A stretch of DNA of 64,000 nt from NCBI GenBank assembly GCA_964392925.1, contig CAYMRP010000004.1, forward strand, positions 7,184 to 71,183, given 5' to 3'. A program made the translations under genes and the position numbers. The notes beneath the pieces were generated by a model. It was not told where the DNA came from, did not search any database, and saw nothing but the letters and a program-made list of their open reading frames with translations. Shown here in pieces: positions 20,145 through 29,873 of this stretch (its first letter is position 1; each line of letters starts with the position of its first letter). The DNA comes from an uncultured Gammaproteobacteria bacterium. GTDB lineage: Bacteria > Patescibacteriota > Microgenomatia > Daviesbacterales > UBA10151.

Positions 20145-21025
20145 TGAACAAATTTAAATCCCAAAACCCCAGCTTTGAACATTTAAGAAAAAAATGGACT
20201 GCCAAGCATAAAGAAACAACTCAAAATTTAATTGATAAACACGTCCGTCATATTGCCGCCACCTCTTTGGGAAGTCTGATGCTTCTCTCAACCCCCGGCC
20301 TGTCTGTTTCTACTCCTCCGGCCGAACTAACACAGGAGCAGCAGGGAAAAATCTCAGCCTCTTCCAGCAATAATGCCCTGCTCGCTTCAGAGTTAATAGA
20401 CAAGTTGCCAGGGGATGTAACTAAGTTATCCAGCGAACAGGACGATCTTATTATTGGCTTAATAAAAAAAGATCTTGGTGTTGATGTCAAAGCTGAAATT
20501 GACAATAAAAGACTTAATCGAACATACGGTGTTATAGGCGGAGAGCAGCATCTATATCGTTATCCCGGAGATATTCTTCAATCTCACGCCAGAGATGCCC
20601 AGGATTGGGCAATGTATGGGGGTTCAGGAATTGCCCCAGGTTTAGGAGCTTATGGCTATTTTGCTCCGTCTAAAGAAGCCATGACAGAAGAAATCGAACA
20701 AAGAGAACGCTATTATCTAGCAGTTCAAACATTCCTGTCTCCTGGTTTTTCCGAAAGAGTGGGTGAGTATCGTGACTTTTATCGCTTCAGAAAAATGCTG
20801 GTTGTTAATCCTAAAACCGGTCAAGCTGTAGTTGCTGTTATAGGAGACGCTGGACCAGCAGAGTGGACAGGTAAACATTTAGGCGGCAGTCCAGAAGTCA
20901 TGCACGAGCTCGGATTAGCAGGCGGTCCCAGAAAAGGTCCGGTGTTATACTATTTTATTGACGATCCGGAGAACAAAGTCGCGTTAGGTCCAATAAAATT
21001 AACTGAAGCCTTAGCCGAAAACTAA
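20144..21025 (+). CDS. Membrane-anchored protein with RlpA-like double-psi beta-barrel segment
   Basis: One TM helix; VVNPKTGQAVVAVIGDAGP resembles the RlpA/DPBB V.N..NG.SV.V.I.DRGP motif. Confidence 0.6.
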   Translation: MNKFKSQNPSFEHLRKKWTAKHKETTQNLIDKHVRHIAATSLGSLMLLSTPGLSVSTPPAELTQEQQGKISASSSNNALLASELIDKLPGDVTKLSSEQDDLIIGLIKKDLGVDVKAEIDNKRLNRTYGVIGGEQHLYRYPGDILQSHARDAQDWAMYGGSGIAPGLGAYGYFAPSKEAMTEEIEQRERYYLAVQTFLSPGFSERVGEYRDFYRFRKMLVVNPKTGQAVVAVIGDAGPAEWTGKHLGGSPEVMHELGLAGGPRKGPVLYYFIDDPENKVALGPIKLTEALAEN

Positions 21026-21028
21026 AGT

Positions 21029-21358
21029 ATGAAAAAATTCTACAGTCATTTAGTCGAAATAGAAACCGTAACTATAGAACTTGATTCTATAGATTTAGCC
21101 GATCACGAAAAGCACCAACTGGCAGGTCTCGTCGATTCTAATATGCATAATGTTGTTATGGATGCGATTCTTTCGAAGTTGTCCGACGAAGATAAACGAA
21201 AATTCGCCGAGATCGCCCACAGTGATAATCATCAAGCTGTCTGGGAATTTTTAAAAGATAAATCATCTGATATCGAAACTGAAATAAAAAAAGCTGCAGC
21301 TGATTTTAAGGCAGAGCTACACAAAGATTTAAAGGAGGCTAAAACTAAAAATGCTTAG
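21029..21358 (+). CDS. Hypothetical helical protein
   Basis: 109-aa ORF translationally coupled to secF. Confidence 0.75.
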   Translation: MKKFYSHLVEIETVTIELDSIDLADHEKHQLAGLVDSNMHNVVMDAILSKLSDEDKRKFAEIAHSDNHQAVWEFLKDKSSDIETEIKKAAADFKAELHKDLKEAKTKNA

Positions 21359-22214
21359 ATTAATGAAATACAAAATATTCTTCTTCATCTTTTCTACCTT
21401 ACTAATTATTCCCGGCATAATTTTCATCTTCATGGGCGGATTAAAATTTGGAATTGATTTTACTGGAGGTGCACTTCTTGAATATAAATTCCAAAATCAA
21501 ATTTCCAAAGACGATTTAAATCAATTCGGACAAGTAGTTGAATCCGGACAAAACACTTATATCCTGCGGACTCCGGCCGTTTCCCACGACGATCTTCAAA
21601 TATTAAAGAAAAATATTAACGATAAATTTGGCAGTTTTGAAGTTCGTCGTGAAGAAAACGTTGGTCCGACTATTGGTAAGGAACTTGAACAAAAAGCCAT
21701 TCTGGCCTTGGCAATTTCCTGGATCATGATTGTTCTTTATATTACCTTTGCATTCCGTAAATTACCTAAACCTGCCTCATCATTTAGATTTGGTATTTCG
21801 GCAATCGCTGCCTTAGTTCACGATGTTCTACTTTTAGTTGGAGCCTTCGCCATCTTTGGATATTTTTGGCACGTCGAAATAGATACATTATTTGTAACTG
21901 CGCTATTAACTGTTGTCGGTTTCTCAGTCCACGATACAATCGTTGTGTTCGATAGAATCCGCGAAAATCTACCAAAAAATATTGGTAAGAAATTTGAATA
22001 TGTTGTTGATATTTCTATAGCTCAAACTCTCGCCCGTTCACTGAACACATCCTTAACCGTTGCTTTTGTTCTAACAGCACTTTTACTTTTTGGAGGAATA
22101 ACCATTAAATGGTTTGTAGTTGCGCTTCTAATTGGTATTATTTCCGGAACTTACTCTTCAATATTCAATGCTGCTGCGCTTCTGTCATGGTGGGAAGAAA
22201 AACTCGGACACTAA
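21351..22214 (+). CDS. secF: Protein translocase subunit SecF
   Basis: GIDFTGG, VGPTIG, GFSVHDTIVVFDRIREN, GTYSSIF. Confidence 0.98.
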   Translation: MLRLMKYKIFFFIFSTLLIIPGIIFIFMGGLKFGIDFTGGALLEYKFQNQISKDDLNQFGQVVESGQNTYILRTPAVSHDDLQILKKNINDKFGSFEVRREENVGPTIGKELEQKAILALAISWIMIVLYITFAFRKLPKPASSFRFGISAIAALVHDVLLLVGAFAIFGYFWHVEIDTLFVTALLTVVGFSVHDTIVVFDRIRENLPKNIGKKFEYVVDISIAQTLARSLNTSLTVAFVLTALLLFGGITIKWFVVALLIGIISGTYSSIFNAAALLSWWEEKLGH

Positions 22215-22256
22215 TGGCTCCCTTACGCTTCCTCTCTAATTCAGTATAATGATTAG

Positions 22257-23174
22257 ATGTCCATTCTTTCAGTTAGTAATCTAACAAAAACTTTTAAAGA
22301 GTTCACCGCTGTTAATGACATTTCTTTTGATCTAAAACAAGGAGAAATACTAGGACTACTAGGTCCAAACGGTGCTGGAAAAACTACAACTATCCAAATG
22401 CTTTTAGGTATTCTGACCCCAACGTCGGGTTCGGTAGAATATTTTGGTAAAAATTTATTAACTCACCGCGAAGAAATCCTAGAAGATGTCAATTTCTCCA
22501 CAACTTACACAAATCTGCCTTGGGTGTTAACCGTAGCCGAATGCTTGAAATTCACATCTTATCTTTATGATATTAAGAATCGTAAAGAACGAGTTAAAGA
22601 GATAATTGATATTTTTGATTTAGAAAAACTTTTAAATAAAAAAGTTGGCTCGCTCTCCTCAGGTCAAAATACCCGGGTTAATTTGGCAAAATCATTTCTT
22701 AACAAACCTCGCGTTCTATTGCTTGATGAACCAACTGCCTCTCTGGATCCCGAATCAGCTAACTTAGTCAGAAAAGTTCTACTAAAGGAGCAAAAGGATT
22801 TTGGAATCTCAGTTATTCTCACCTCTCACAATATGAATGAAGTCGAAACAGTTTGTAACAGGGTTATTTTTATCAATGAGGGAAAAATTGTCGCTAACGA
22901 CACGCCAAAGTCTCTGGCCAAAACTATAAAAATTTCTCACTTAGAACTTCGCTTCGATGAAAGAATTGGCGATGTAATAAAACTTTTAGAATCAAAAGAT
23001 CTTAACTATAAAAAGAATAATGAATATTTAATCATTGATATTAATGAGATGAAGATACCCGAATTACTAAAAAACTTAATTGATAGAAAGCTTTCCTATT
23101 CTGAAATAAGCATTGAAAAGCCCTCATTGGAAGATTTCTTTTTGGAAAATGTCAGAAGAGAGGGGGTAGAGTAA
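22257..23174 (+). CDS. ABC-2 type transporter ATP-binding protein
   Basis: GPNGAGKTT, LSSGQ, LLLDEPT. Confidence 0.95.
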   Translation: MSILSVSNLTKTFKEFTAVNDISFDLKQGEILGLLGPNGAGKTTTIQMLLGILTPTSGSVEYFGKNLLTHREEILEDVNFSTTYTNLPWVLTVAECLKFTSYLYDIKNRKERVKEIIDIFDLEKLLNKKVGSLSSGQNTRVNLAKSFLNKPRVLLLDEPTASLDPESANLVRKVLLKEQKDFGISVILTSHNMNEVETVCNRVIFINEGKIVANDTPKSLAKTIKISHLELRFDERIGDVIKLLESKDLNYKKNNEYLIIDINEMKIPELLKNLIDRKLSYSEISIEKPSLEDFFLENVRREGVE

Positions 23175-23957
23175 ATGAAACTTCATCGTATTTACGGATT
23201 AATGCTCCGTAATTATTATTCCTTCAAGAAAAATCTTGACCGCATATCGGATTCTTTTTATTGGCCGACTATCGATTTATTAATGTGGGGCTTGACCAGT
23301 CAATTCTTTACACTAATGGGTGGGGGAAATAATGTCATGCTTTTTGTGCTTAGCGGTTTGGTGATGTGGCTGATTCTATGGAAAAGCCAGTACGAAATTT
23401 CTGTTAATTTACTTGATGAACTTTGGAATAGAAATTTAATAAATCTATTTGTATCGCCTCTTACTTTTACGGAATGGTTAGCATCAACTTTAATACTAGG
23501 AATTATAAAAGTCTTAATGAGTTTTTCATTTGCAGTTCTTCTGGCCTATCTGCTTTATTCTGTCAAAATCTTTGAATACGGTTTCCATTTGTTACCCTTC
23601 ATGTTAATCCTTCTTATGAGTGGTTGGACTGTTGGATTATTTGTGACCGGTCTGATTCTCAGATACGGCACCAAAATTCAGGCTTTTGCCTGGGCACTTG
23701 TATGGGTTTTTGGTCCCTTTTCTGCTATCTACTATCCGGTTTCAATACTTCCTTTATGGGCACAAAAAGTATCGGCTTTTATCCCGATGAGTTATGCCTT
23801 TGAGGGTATGAGGACAGTTCTTTCTACGGGTCAAATTGATTATCAAAAAGTTTTTCTTGGCTTAACAATTGTCACAATTTATTTGTCTTTGGCTGTAGTT
23901 TTTACCTATAAAAGTTTTGCTAAAGTAATGGAAAGGGGACTGCTAAAGCTGGATTAG
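23175..23957 (+). CDS. ABC-2 type transporter permease
   Basis: Six-TM pattern, YYPVSILP..P.SY motif; adjacent to the ATPase. Confidence 0.92.
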   Translation: MKLHRIYGLMLRNYYSFKKNLDRISDSFYWPTIDLLMWGLTSQFFTLMGGGNNVMLFVLSGLVMWLILWKSQYEISVNLLDELWNRNLINLFVSPLTFTEWLASTLILGIIKVLMSFSFAVLLAYLLYSVKIFEYGFHLLPFMLILLMSGWTVGLFVTGLILRYGTKIQAFAWALVWVFGPFSAIYYPVSILPLWAQKVSAFIPMSYAFEGMRTVLSTGQIDYQKVFLGLTIVTIYLSLAVVFTYKSFAKVMERGLLKLD

Positions 23958-25309
23958 TTATCTTTATGCTTTTTTACTTGTTCAGTTAAATACTCTTTAT
24001 TGTTTTTGGCCGCATCTTCTAAAACCTCCTGAAACAATTCATTCAAAACCTCTCCAACCTTCCGGCCCGGTTTAATCTCTAAAATTTCCATCACTTCAGT
24101 TCCTGTAATTTTTAAATCAGAAATTGAAAATGGTTTTTTCATCACTTCCTCAATTCTTTTTTTAAATTCTTCAGTTCTCCAGGAAGTTTCTGTCATAGTC
24201 CCTCCGCCTAAGCGATCGGCAACTCTAACAGCCATCATGTCATCAATATTCTCAAGTCCAACATTCTTAATAAATCTCCTGATTGCCGAATCAGTCTGGT
24301 GTTCTGACACTGTAAACATATGCCATCTGATTAGTCTGTATAATCTGTCCGCATCCTTTTTAGACAATCGTAATCTCTCAGCAATATTTTTCGACATATT
24401 AGCACCCACAGTTTCATGTCCAAAAAAAGTAACATTTCCCGCGTTGTCCTTCCGGTACGTTCTTGTTTTTCCGATATCGTGCAGCAAAGCCGCCAGTTTT
24501 ACTAAAGGATCATCACTCGGACAAAAATTTAGAGCCAAAAAATTATGTTCGCCAATATCATATTTTCGATCATGATTAGGTCCTTCCTGTGCCACACCAA
24601 AACATTCTGTTACTTCAGGTAAAATCTTTTCTAAAACTCCTGTTTCGCGAAGCAAAACGATTCCTTTGAGGGCTGCCTTATTGCTTAGTATTTTAAACAA
24701 CTCATCACGAACCCTCTCACCAGAAATATTCTTTATTAATCCAGAATTGGCCTTTACTGATTCTAAAGTTTTATTCTCAATCTCAAATCCTAATTGAGTA
24801 GCGAGCCGGATAGCCCGCATCAATCTCAAGGCATCCTCTTTAAAACGGGTATCAGGATCTCCCACCGAACGAACTAATTTATTTTTAATATCTTCTTCTC
24901 CTGAGAATGGATCGATAATCAGTGGCTTTGGATGAGTTGAATCAAGCTCAATAGCAATTGCATTTATTGTAAAATCCCGTCTGGCTAAATCCTCTTCTAT
25001 TTCTTTAGTCCAACTCACCTCAGATGGCCTTCTTGAGTCTTTATATTCTCCCTCCTTGCGCATAGTTGTCACTTCCAAAATTCCCAAATTAGTTTTAATA
25101 CCTACTGTACCAAAAGTATTCTCATAAAAACCCTCGGGAAACATCTCCAAAATCTCCTCCGGAGTTGCATCAGTAGTTAAATCCCAGTCCTTATGAGTCT
25201 TTTTCATCAATAAATCACGAACAGCTCCCCCGACTAAATATATTCTATAGTCGGATTTTGTAAATTTGCTTATGACCTGATAAATTTCATCTGGTAAAAT
25301 GATTTCCAT
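23954..25309 (-). CDS. cca: CCA-adding tRNA nucleotidyltransferase with HD domain
   Basis: VGGAVRD, DWDLTT, DLARRDFTINA, EDALRLMR, LLHDIGK. Confidence 0.92.
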   Translation of the reverse strand: MEIILPDEIYQVISKFTKSDYRIYLVGGAVRDLLMKKTHKDWDLTTDATPEEILEMFPEGFYENTFGTVGIKTNLGILEVTTMRKEGEYKDSRRPSEVSWTKEIEEDLARRDFTINAIAIELDSTHPKPLIIDPFSGEEDIKNKLVRSVGDPDTRFKEDALRLMRAIRLATQLGFEIENKTLESVKANSGLIKNISGERVRDELFKILSNKAALKGIVLLRETGVLEKILPEVTECFGVAQEGPNHDRKYDIGEHNFLALNFCPSDDPLVKLAALLHDIGKTRTYRKDNAGNVTFFGHETVGANMSKNIAERLRLSKKDADRLYRLIRWHMFTVSEHQTDSAIRRFIKNVGLENIDDMMAVRVADRLGGGTMTETSWRTEEFKKRIEEVMKKPFSISDLKITGTEVMEILEIKPGRKVGEVLNELFQEVLEDAAKNNKEYLTEQVKKHKDN

Positions 25310-25327
25310 TACCTAATTGTACTAAAA

Positions 25328-26932
25328 ATGGCAAAACTTTGGAGAATCAAGCAAAAATCATCTGAGGATATAGTTGAACTTCTTCTACTAATTAGAGGTT
25401 TAAAGTCTGAACCAGATCGGTTGGATTTCTTTAATCCTAAAATTGAGAATTACCAACAAGAATTAAAAATTCCCGGCATCGAAAAATCTCTTAAGAGAAT
25501 TAACAAAGCCATAGAGGATAGGGAGCAAATAGTTGTATTTGGCGATTATGATGTTGATGGTATCAGCGCCTCGGCTATTTTATATAAAGCTCTGACCTCA
25601 ATTGGTGCAAAAGTTATGCCCTATATTCCTCACAGAGAAAAGGAAGGCTATGGATTATCCAAATTAGGATTAGAATTTGCCCGGGACTCAGGAGCTTCAT
25701 TAGTAATTACAGTCGACAATGGCATCGTAGCTATTGATCAGGCAGAGTATGCAAAGCAGATTGGCTTGGAACTAATCATTACCGATCACCACACTCCTGG
25801 TGAAAGAAAACCAATTGCCCATTCCATTGTTCACTCTACAAAAATCTGTGGAGCAGCAGTCGCTTGGTGTTTAATAAAAGATGTCGTTAAGCCAGAACTT
25901 TCGCGTGAACTGCTTGAGTTTGTCGCAATCGCCACCGTCGCCGACATGATGCCCCTTATCGGACTAAACAGAGCTTTTGTCAGCGAGGGCTTAAAAGTTT
26001 TAAATAAAACCAAGAATTTAGGTTTTCAAACTTTGCTTTCAGAAACTAAACTTGAAAAAGGGAGCCTAAAATCCTACGAATTAGGTCATATACTAGCTCC
26101 GCGAATAAACGCTATTGGCCGGTTGGAACATGCCATCGATGCTCTTAGACTTCTCTGCACCAAAGATCCTATTAAGGCCAAGCGGTTAGCAAAATTATTA
26201 AATGATACTAATCTCAAAAGACAAGACCTTACTATCAAAGCTTATCAGGAGGCGTTAATGATGGCACAGGAGAAAGCAAATAAAAATAAAAAGATTCAAA
26301 TTTTATACTCTAAAGATTGGCATCCGGGAATAATCGGTTTAATCGCCGGCCGGATTACTGAAAATTTTTCCACACCAACACTTGCTATTTCTGTTGGTGA
26401 ATCAATCTCCAAAGGCTCTGCCCGCAGCGTTAAAGGTCTTAATATTACCGATCTCCTAAGGTCTTGCAATGATTTTCTGCTTGATGTCGGTGGTCATGCC
26501 GGAGCTGCCGGATTTAGTTTATCAACAGATAATATAGATAAGTTTAAACAAAAAATGGAAACACTTGTTATTGATATGGAAATTAGTCCGCCGGGAGAAT
26601 TTCTTGATATTGAAGCTGAGGTTCCAGTCTCTAAAATTAATAAGTCACTTGCCAAAAAACTAGAAGATTTTGAGCCTTTTGGACTTTTAAATCCCCGTCC
26701 AATTCTTGCAACAAACAATATGAAAATTACAGATATCAGAACTCTTAGTGCCGGTAAGCATTTAAAATTTAAAGCCGAAGGTATAGATGCCATTGCTTTT
26801 AATATGGGAGAACTAGAAAGTCTTATGCACGCTGGTCAGATTATAGACTTGGCTTACAGCCTTGAAATTAATAAGTTTAACGGTAATGAAAATCTTCAAT
26901 TCAAAGTGAAAGATATTCGTTTTGAGAAATAA
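25328..26932 (+). CDS. recJ: ssDNA exonuclease RecJ
   Basis: GDYDVDG, TVDNG, TDHH, GSARS, GGHAGAAG. Confidence 0.98.
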   Translation: MAKLWRIKQKSSEDIVELLLLIRGLKSEPDRLDFFNPKIENYQQELKIPGIEKSLKRINKAIEDREQIVVFGDYDVDGISASAILYKALTSIGAKVMPYIPHREKEGYGLSKLGLEFARDSGASLVITVDNGIVAIDQAEYAKQIGLELIITDHHTPGERKPIAHSIVHSTKICGAAVAWCLIKDVVKPELSRELLEFVAIATVADMMPLIGLNRAFVSEGLKVLNKTKNLGFQTLLSETKLEKGSLKSYELGHILAPRINAIGRLEHAIDALRLLCTKDPIKAKRLAKLLNDTNLKRQDLTIKAYQEALMMAQEKANKNKKIQILYSKDWHPGIIGLIAGRITENFSTPTLAISVGESISKGSARSVKGLNITDLLRSCNDFLLDVGGHAGAAGFSLSTDNIDKFKQKMETLVIDMEISPPGEFLDIEAEVPVSKINKSLAKKLEDFEPFGLLNPRPILATNNMKITDIRTLSAGKHLKFKAEGIDAIAFNMGELESLMHAGQIIDLAYSLEINKFNGNENLQFKVKDIRFEK

Positions 26933-26939
26933 TTGTTTC

Positions 26940-26967
26940 TAGACATTTTTTAATTTAGTGATATACT
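26940..26967 (+). promoter_or_regulatory. Promoter of aromatic operon leader
   Basis: TAGACA-16nt-TATACT with TG extended -10. Confidence 0.65.
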
Positions 26968-26975
26968 TTAATTTA

Positions 26976-27041
26976 ATGGTTCATAAGAAAAACTGGTTTA
27001 GCTTTACATATTTCTACTTCCGCAAGGAGGAGGCCTCTTAA
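26976..27041 (+). CDS. Aromatic amino acid attenuator leader peptide MVHKKNWFSFTYFYFRKEEAS
   Basis: 7 aromatic codons (1 W, 4 F, 2 Y) within 9 consecutive codons, directly upstream of the DAHP synthase gene. Confidence 0.9.
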   Translation: MVHKKNWFSFTYFYFRKEEAS

Positions 27042-27095
27042 TGTCCTAAATGGACACTAAAGAGAATCAGGCCTCCCGAATGGGAGGTTTTTTTT
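27017..27095 (+). promoter_or_regulatory. Transcription attenuator (alternative hairpins plus terminator)
   Basis: CTTCC-GCAA-GGAGG (27017-30); antiterminator GGAGGCCT 27029-36 pairs with AGGCCTCC 27069-76; terminator GCCTCCC-GAAT-GGGAGG-T8. Confidence 0.9.
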
Positions 27096-27106
27096 AGGTC
27101 AAAATT

Positions 27107-27964
27107 ATGGGAAAAATGACAAAACTAACACTAAATAAAATAATAATTGCTGGTCCTTGTGCGGCCGAAACGCGTGAACAAGTTCTAGAGAGCGCTAAGC
27201 AGGCAAAAAAACGCGGCGTTAAAATTCTTCGCGCTTCTCTGTGGAAACCAAGAACTGAACCAGGTTTTGACGGTGTAAAAGAAAAAGGCATTGATTGGTT
27301 AGTTGAAGTTGGTAATATGGGTTTGACTCCTGGTACAGAAGTATTAAACGCAAGAAATACTAAAGCAGTTCTAGCGGCTATTGCCAAGAATGTCAAAAAT
27401 CCTTCAGCCCTTATTTGGATTGGTGCCCGAAATCAAAACCATGACGAACAAGTTGCCATTGTCAAAGCTGTCAAAAAATATCCCTGGGCCCGCTTCATGT
27501 TTAAAAATCAGCCTTGGAGAAATGAAAAGCATTGGAGAGGAATTCTAAAACACGTTTTAAGTACAAATATTCCTAAAGAAAAAATCTTTTTATCTCATCG
27601 AGGTTTTGACCCCGGAACCGATGAGCCGCGTGATCCGAAAGAATTAAGAAATTTTCCAGATTACAAAATGGCCATGAGAGTTAAAACAGAAGAAAATGTT
27701 GAAATGATAATTGATCCATCACACATGGGCGGCACAGTCGAAAATGTCATAAAAATCACCAAAGAAGCTATGCGCCACAAAGAGGCAGGTACTTCCTTTG
27801 ATGGTTTTATTTTTGAGATTCACCCGAATCCTTCTATAGCTTGGACTGATGCTAAACAGCAGCTTACTTGGGAGCAGTTCGATGACTTAATGGAGGAGTA
27901 TCATAATTTACACAAGGAGCCTTCCAAGAAAGCTAAAGCAGTCAGTACACCAGCATCACTCTAA
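27107..27964 (+). CDS. aroF: DAHP synthase (class I, no regulatory domain)
   Basis: IIAGPCAAE, WKPRT, IGARN, HRGF, DPSH, EIHPNP..A.TDAKQQ. Confidence 0.88.
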   Translation: MGKMTKLTLNKIIIAGPCAAETREQVLESAKQAKKRGVKILRASLWKPRTEPGFDGVKEKGIDWLVEVGNMGLTPGTEVLNARNTKAVLAAIAKNVKNPSALIWIGARNQNHDEQVAIVKAVKKYPWARFMFKNQPWRNEKHWRGILKHVLSTNIPKEKIFLSHRGFDPGTDEPRDPKELRNFPDYKMAMRVKTEENVEMIIDPSHMGGTVENVIKITKEAMRHKEAGTSFDGFIFEIHPNPSIAWTDAKQQLTWEQFDDLMEEYHNLHKEPSKKAKAVSTPASL

Positions 27965-29592
27965 TGTTACCCAAAAATTCTAAAATCCACATAGTTGGAG
28001 GAACTGGTGCAATGGGCACCTGGCTAAAAACTTTTCTCGAATCTTTAAATTATTCAATCACAGTTAGTGATGAGAAAAGTAAATCTTCCCCGGCAATTTC
28101 TGAAGCAGAAATTATCTTTATCTCAGTGCCTATTAGTATAGCTCCAAAAATAATCGCTGAAACAGCCAAAAGTTCCTTAAAAGATGCTTTAATTATCGAT
28201 CTCTCATCTATCAAAAGTGAAACCAAAAAATCTTTACAAGATTGTGATCGACAATCCCTCTCGCTCCATTTCCTCTTCGGCCCCACAGTTCATTCAATCG
28301 AGAATCAAAAGATTATTTTCGAAAAGTTTGGTGACTCCTCAAAAATAACTGATGTTTTAGGGTTGTTTAAAACTCAGGGTGCCCAGTTAATTAATCTGGA
28401 AAGCAGCAATCACGATTTTCTGATGGCTCATATCCAATCATTAACACATTTTATCAACCTCTCTCTTGCTGAAATACTTATAAAAAATAAAGTTGGTATA
28501 TCCGGGCAGGTATCAACCCCGGTATTTCTTTCTCAGATTTCCTCCACCTTAAGAGTCCTCTCCCAAAATCCAAAGCTTTTAACTGAAATTCAAACATTAA
28601 ATCCTGAATTCATAAATGTTGTTGAGGAATTTATAAAAATCCAAAAAGAGTTAATACAAAAAATAAAAACGAGTAACTTTTCAGAGATCGAAAAACAATT
28701 TATTCGTCTAAGAAAAAATTTAGAATCCGTCACTGGAGAAACAAGCCCTAAGTCAGAGTCGTCTGTTAATAATTTGAACAACTTTAGCGATTTAAAAATT
28801 GGCTACTTAGGACCTGAAGGGACTTTTTCTCACCAGGCAGTTCTCTCATCTTTCAATGAATCTATAAATTCGCTAATTCCTTCAAAAAGTATTTATGATT
28901 TATTTCAAATTCTTCAAAGAGGTGATGTAGATTTAATTATTGCACCAAGTGAAAACACTATCGAGGGAACAGTCAGGGAAACGTTAGACTTACTATTTGA
29001 TCACGAATTTAAAGTTATTGGAAAAATTGATTTACCGGTCACTCAATGTTTGCTCTCCAAAGAATCAAACATTAATTCAATCAAAAAAATTATCTCCCAC
29101 CCTCAAGCAATAAATCAGTCTCATAAGTTTATTGAGTTAAATCTCCCCGAAGCAATAATTAAAACAAGCCCTTCAACAATAGCCTCGGTCGAAGAGTTAA
29201 ACAACAAAGGTGTTGCGGTGATTGGATCTGAGTTAGCAGCGAAAATCTATAAATTAAATATTTTGGAAAAGAACATTCAAAACTACAAAAACAACACTAC
29301 TCGTTTCAATATAATTGCCAAAAGCGATATTCTTAAATTGTCAGGCCGCACTAAAACCTTGCTTTTTCTTTCTGTATTCAATCGAGTCGGAGTTCTTCGC
29401 GACATATTATCCGTCTTTGCTGACTTGTCGATTAATCTTAATAAAATTGAGTCACGCCCTTCAGGAGAAAAACAGTGGGATTACTTTTTTTATATCGAAG
29501 TGGAAATAACCGATGAGGATCCAAAATTACAACAGGCTCTAAATATCTTAAAGCAGTATTGCCCAAACATAATAGTATTGGGTAAGCTCTAA
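27964..29592 (+). CDS. Fused prephenate dehydrogenase / prephenate dehydratase-ACT (TyrA-PheA)
   Basis: N-half GGTGAMG, DLSSIK, HFLFGP, HD..MA.IQ; C-half YLGPEGTFS, ENTIEG, SHPQA, NTTRF, KIESRP. Confidence 0.92.
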   Translation: MLPKNSKIHIVGGTGAMGTWLKTFLESLNYSITVSDEKSKSSPAISEAEIIFISVPISIAPKIIAETAKSSLKDALIIDLSSIKSETKKSLQDCDRQSLSLHFLFGPTVHSIENQKIIFEKFGDSSKITDVLGLFKTQGAQLINLESSNHDFLMAHIQSLTHFINLSLAEILIKNKVGISGQVSTPVFLSQISSTLRVLSQNPKLLTEIQTLNPEFINVVEEFIKIQKELIQKIKTSNFSEIEKQFIRLRKNLESVTGETSPKSESSVNNLNNFSDLKIGYLGPEGTFSHQAVLSSFNESINSLIPSKSIYDLFQILQRGDVDLIIAPSENTIEGTVRETLDLLFDHEFKVIGKIDLPVTQCLLSKESNINSIKKIISHPQAINQSHKFIELNLPEAIIKTSPSTIASVEELNNKGVAVIGSELAAKIYKLNILEKNIQNYKNNTTRFNIIAKSDILKLSGRTKTLLFLSVFNRVGVLRDILSVFADLSINLNKIESRPSGEKQWDYFFYIEVEITDEDPKLQQALNILKQYCPNIIVLGKL

Positions 29593-29594
29593 TA

Positions 29595-29873
29595 ATGAAC
29601 AGAATTAACAATCTAAGAAGTATAATAGACATAATCGACGACCAAATATTTGAGCTAATTAAAAAACGCTTAGATGTAGTGAAAGAGATTGGCGAAATCA
29701 AAAGACAGGAAGCGATCGAAGTACAGGATACAAAAAGAGAACAAATAATCTATGATCGGCTAGTAGAAAAAGCAATCGAGAAAAATATTGATCCGGCTGC
29801 TGTAAAAAATATCTGGAAGGCTTTAATCAAAGCAGCCTATGATGTCGAAGGAGTAAAAAATGGAAATCGTTAA
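29595..29873 (+). CDS. Chorismate mutase type II (AroQ)
   Basis: LRSIIDIIDDQI..LIKKR..IGEIK..DTKRE. Confidence 0.92.
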   Translation: MNRINNLRSIIDIIDDQIFELIKKRLDVVKEIGEIKRQEAIEVQDTKREQIIYDRLVEKAIEKNIDPAAVKNIWKALIKAAYDVEGVKNGNR

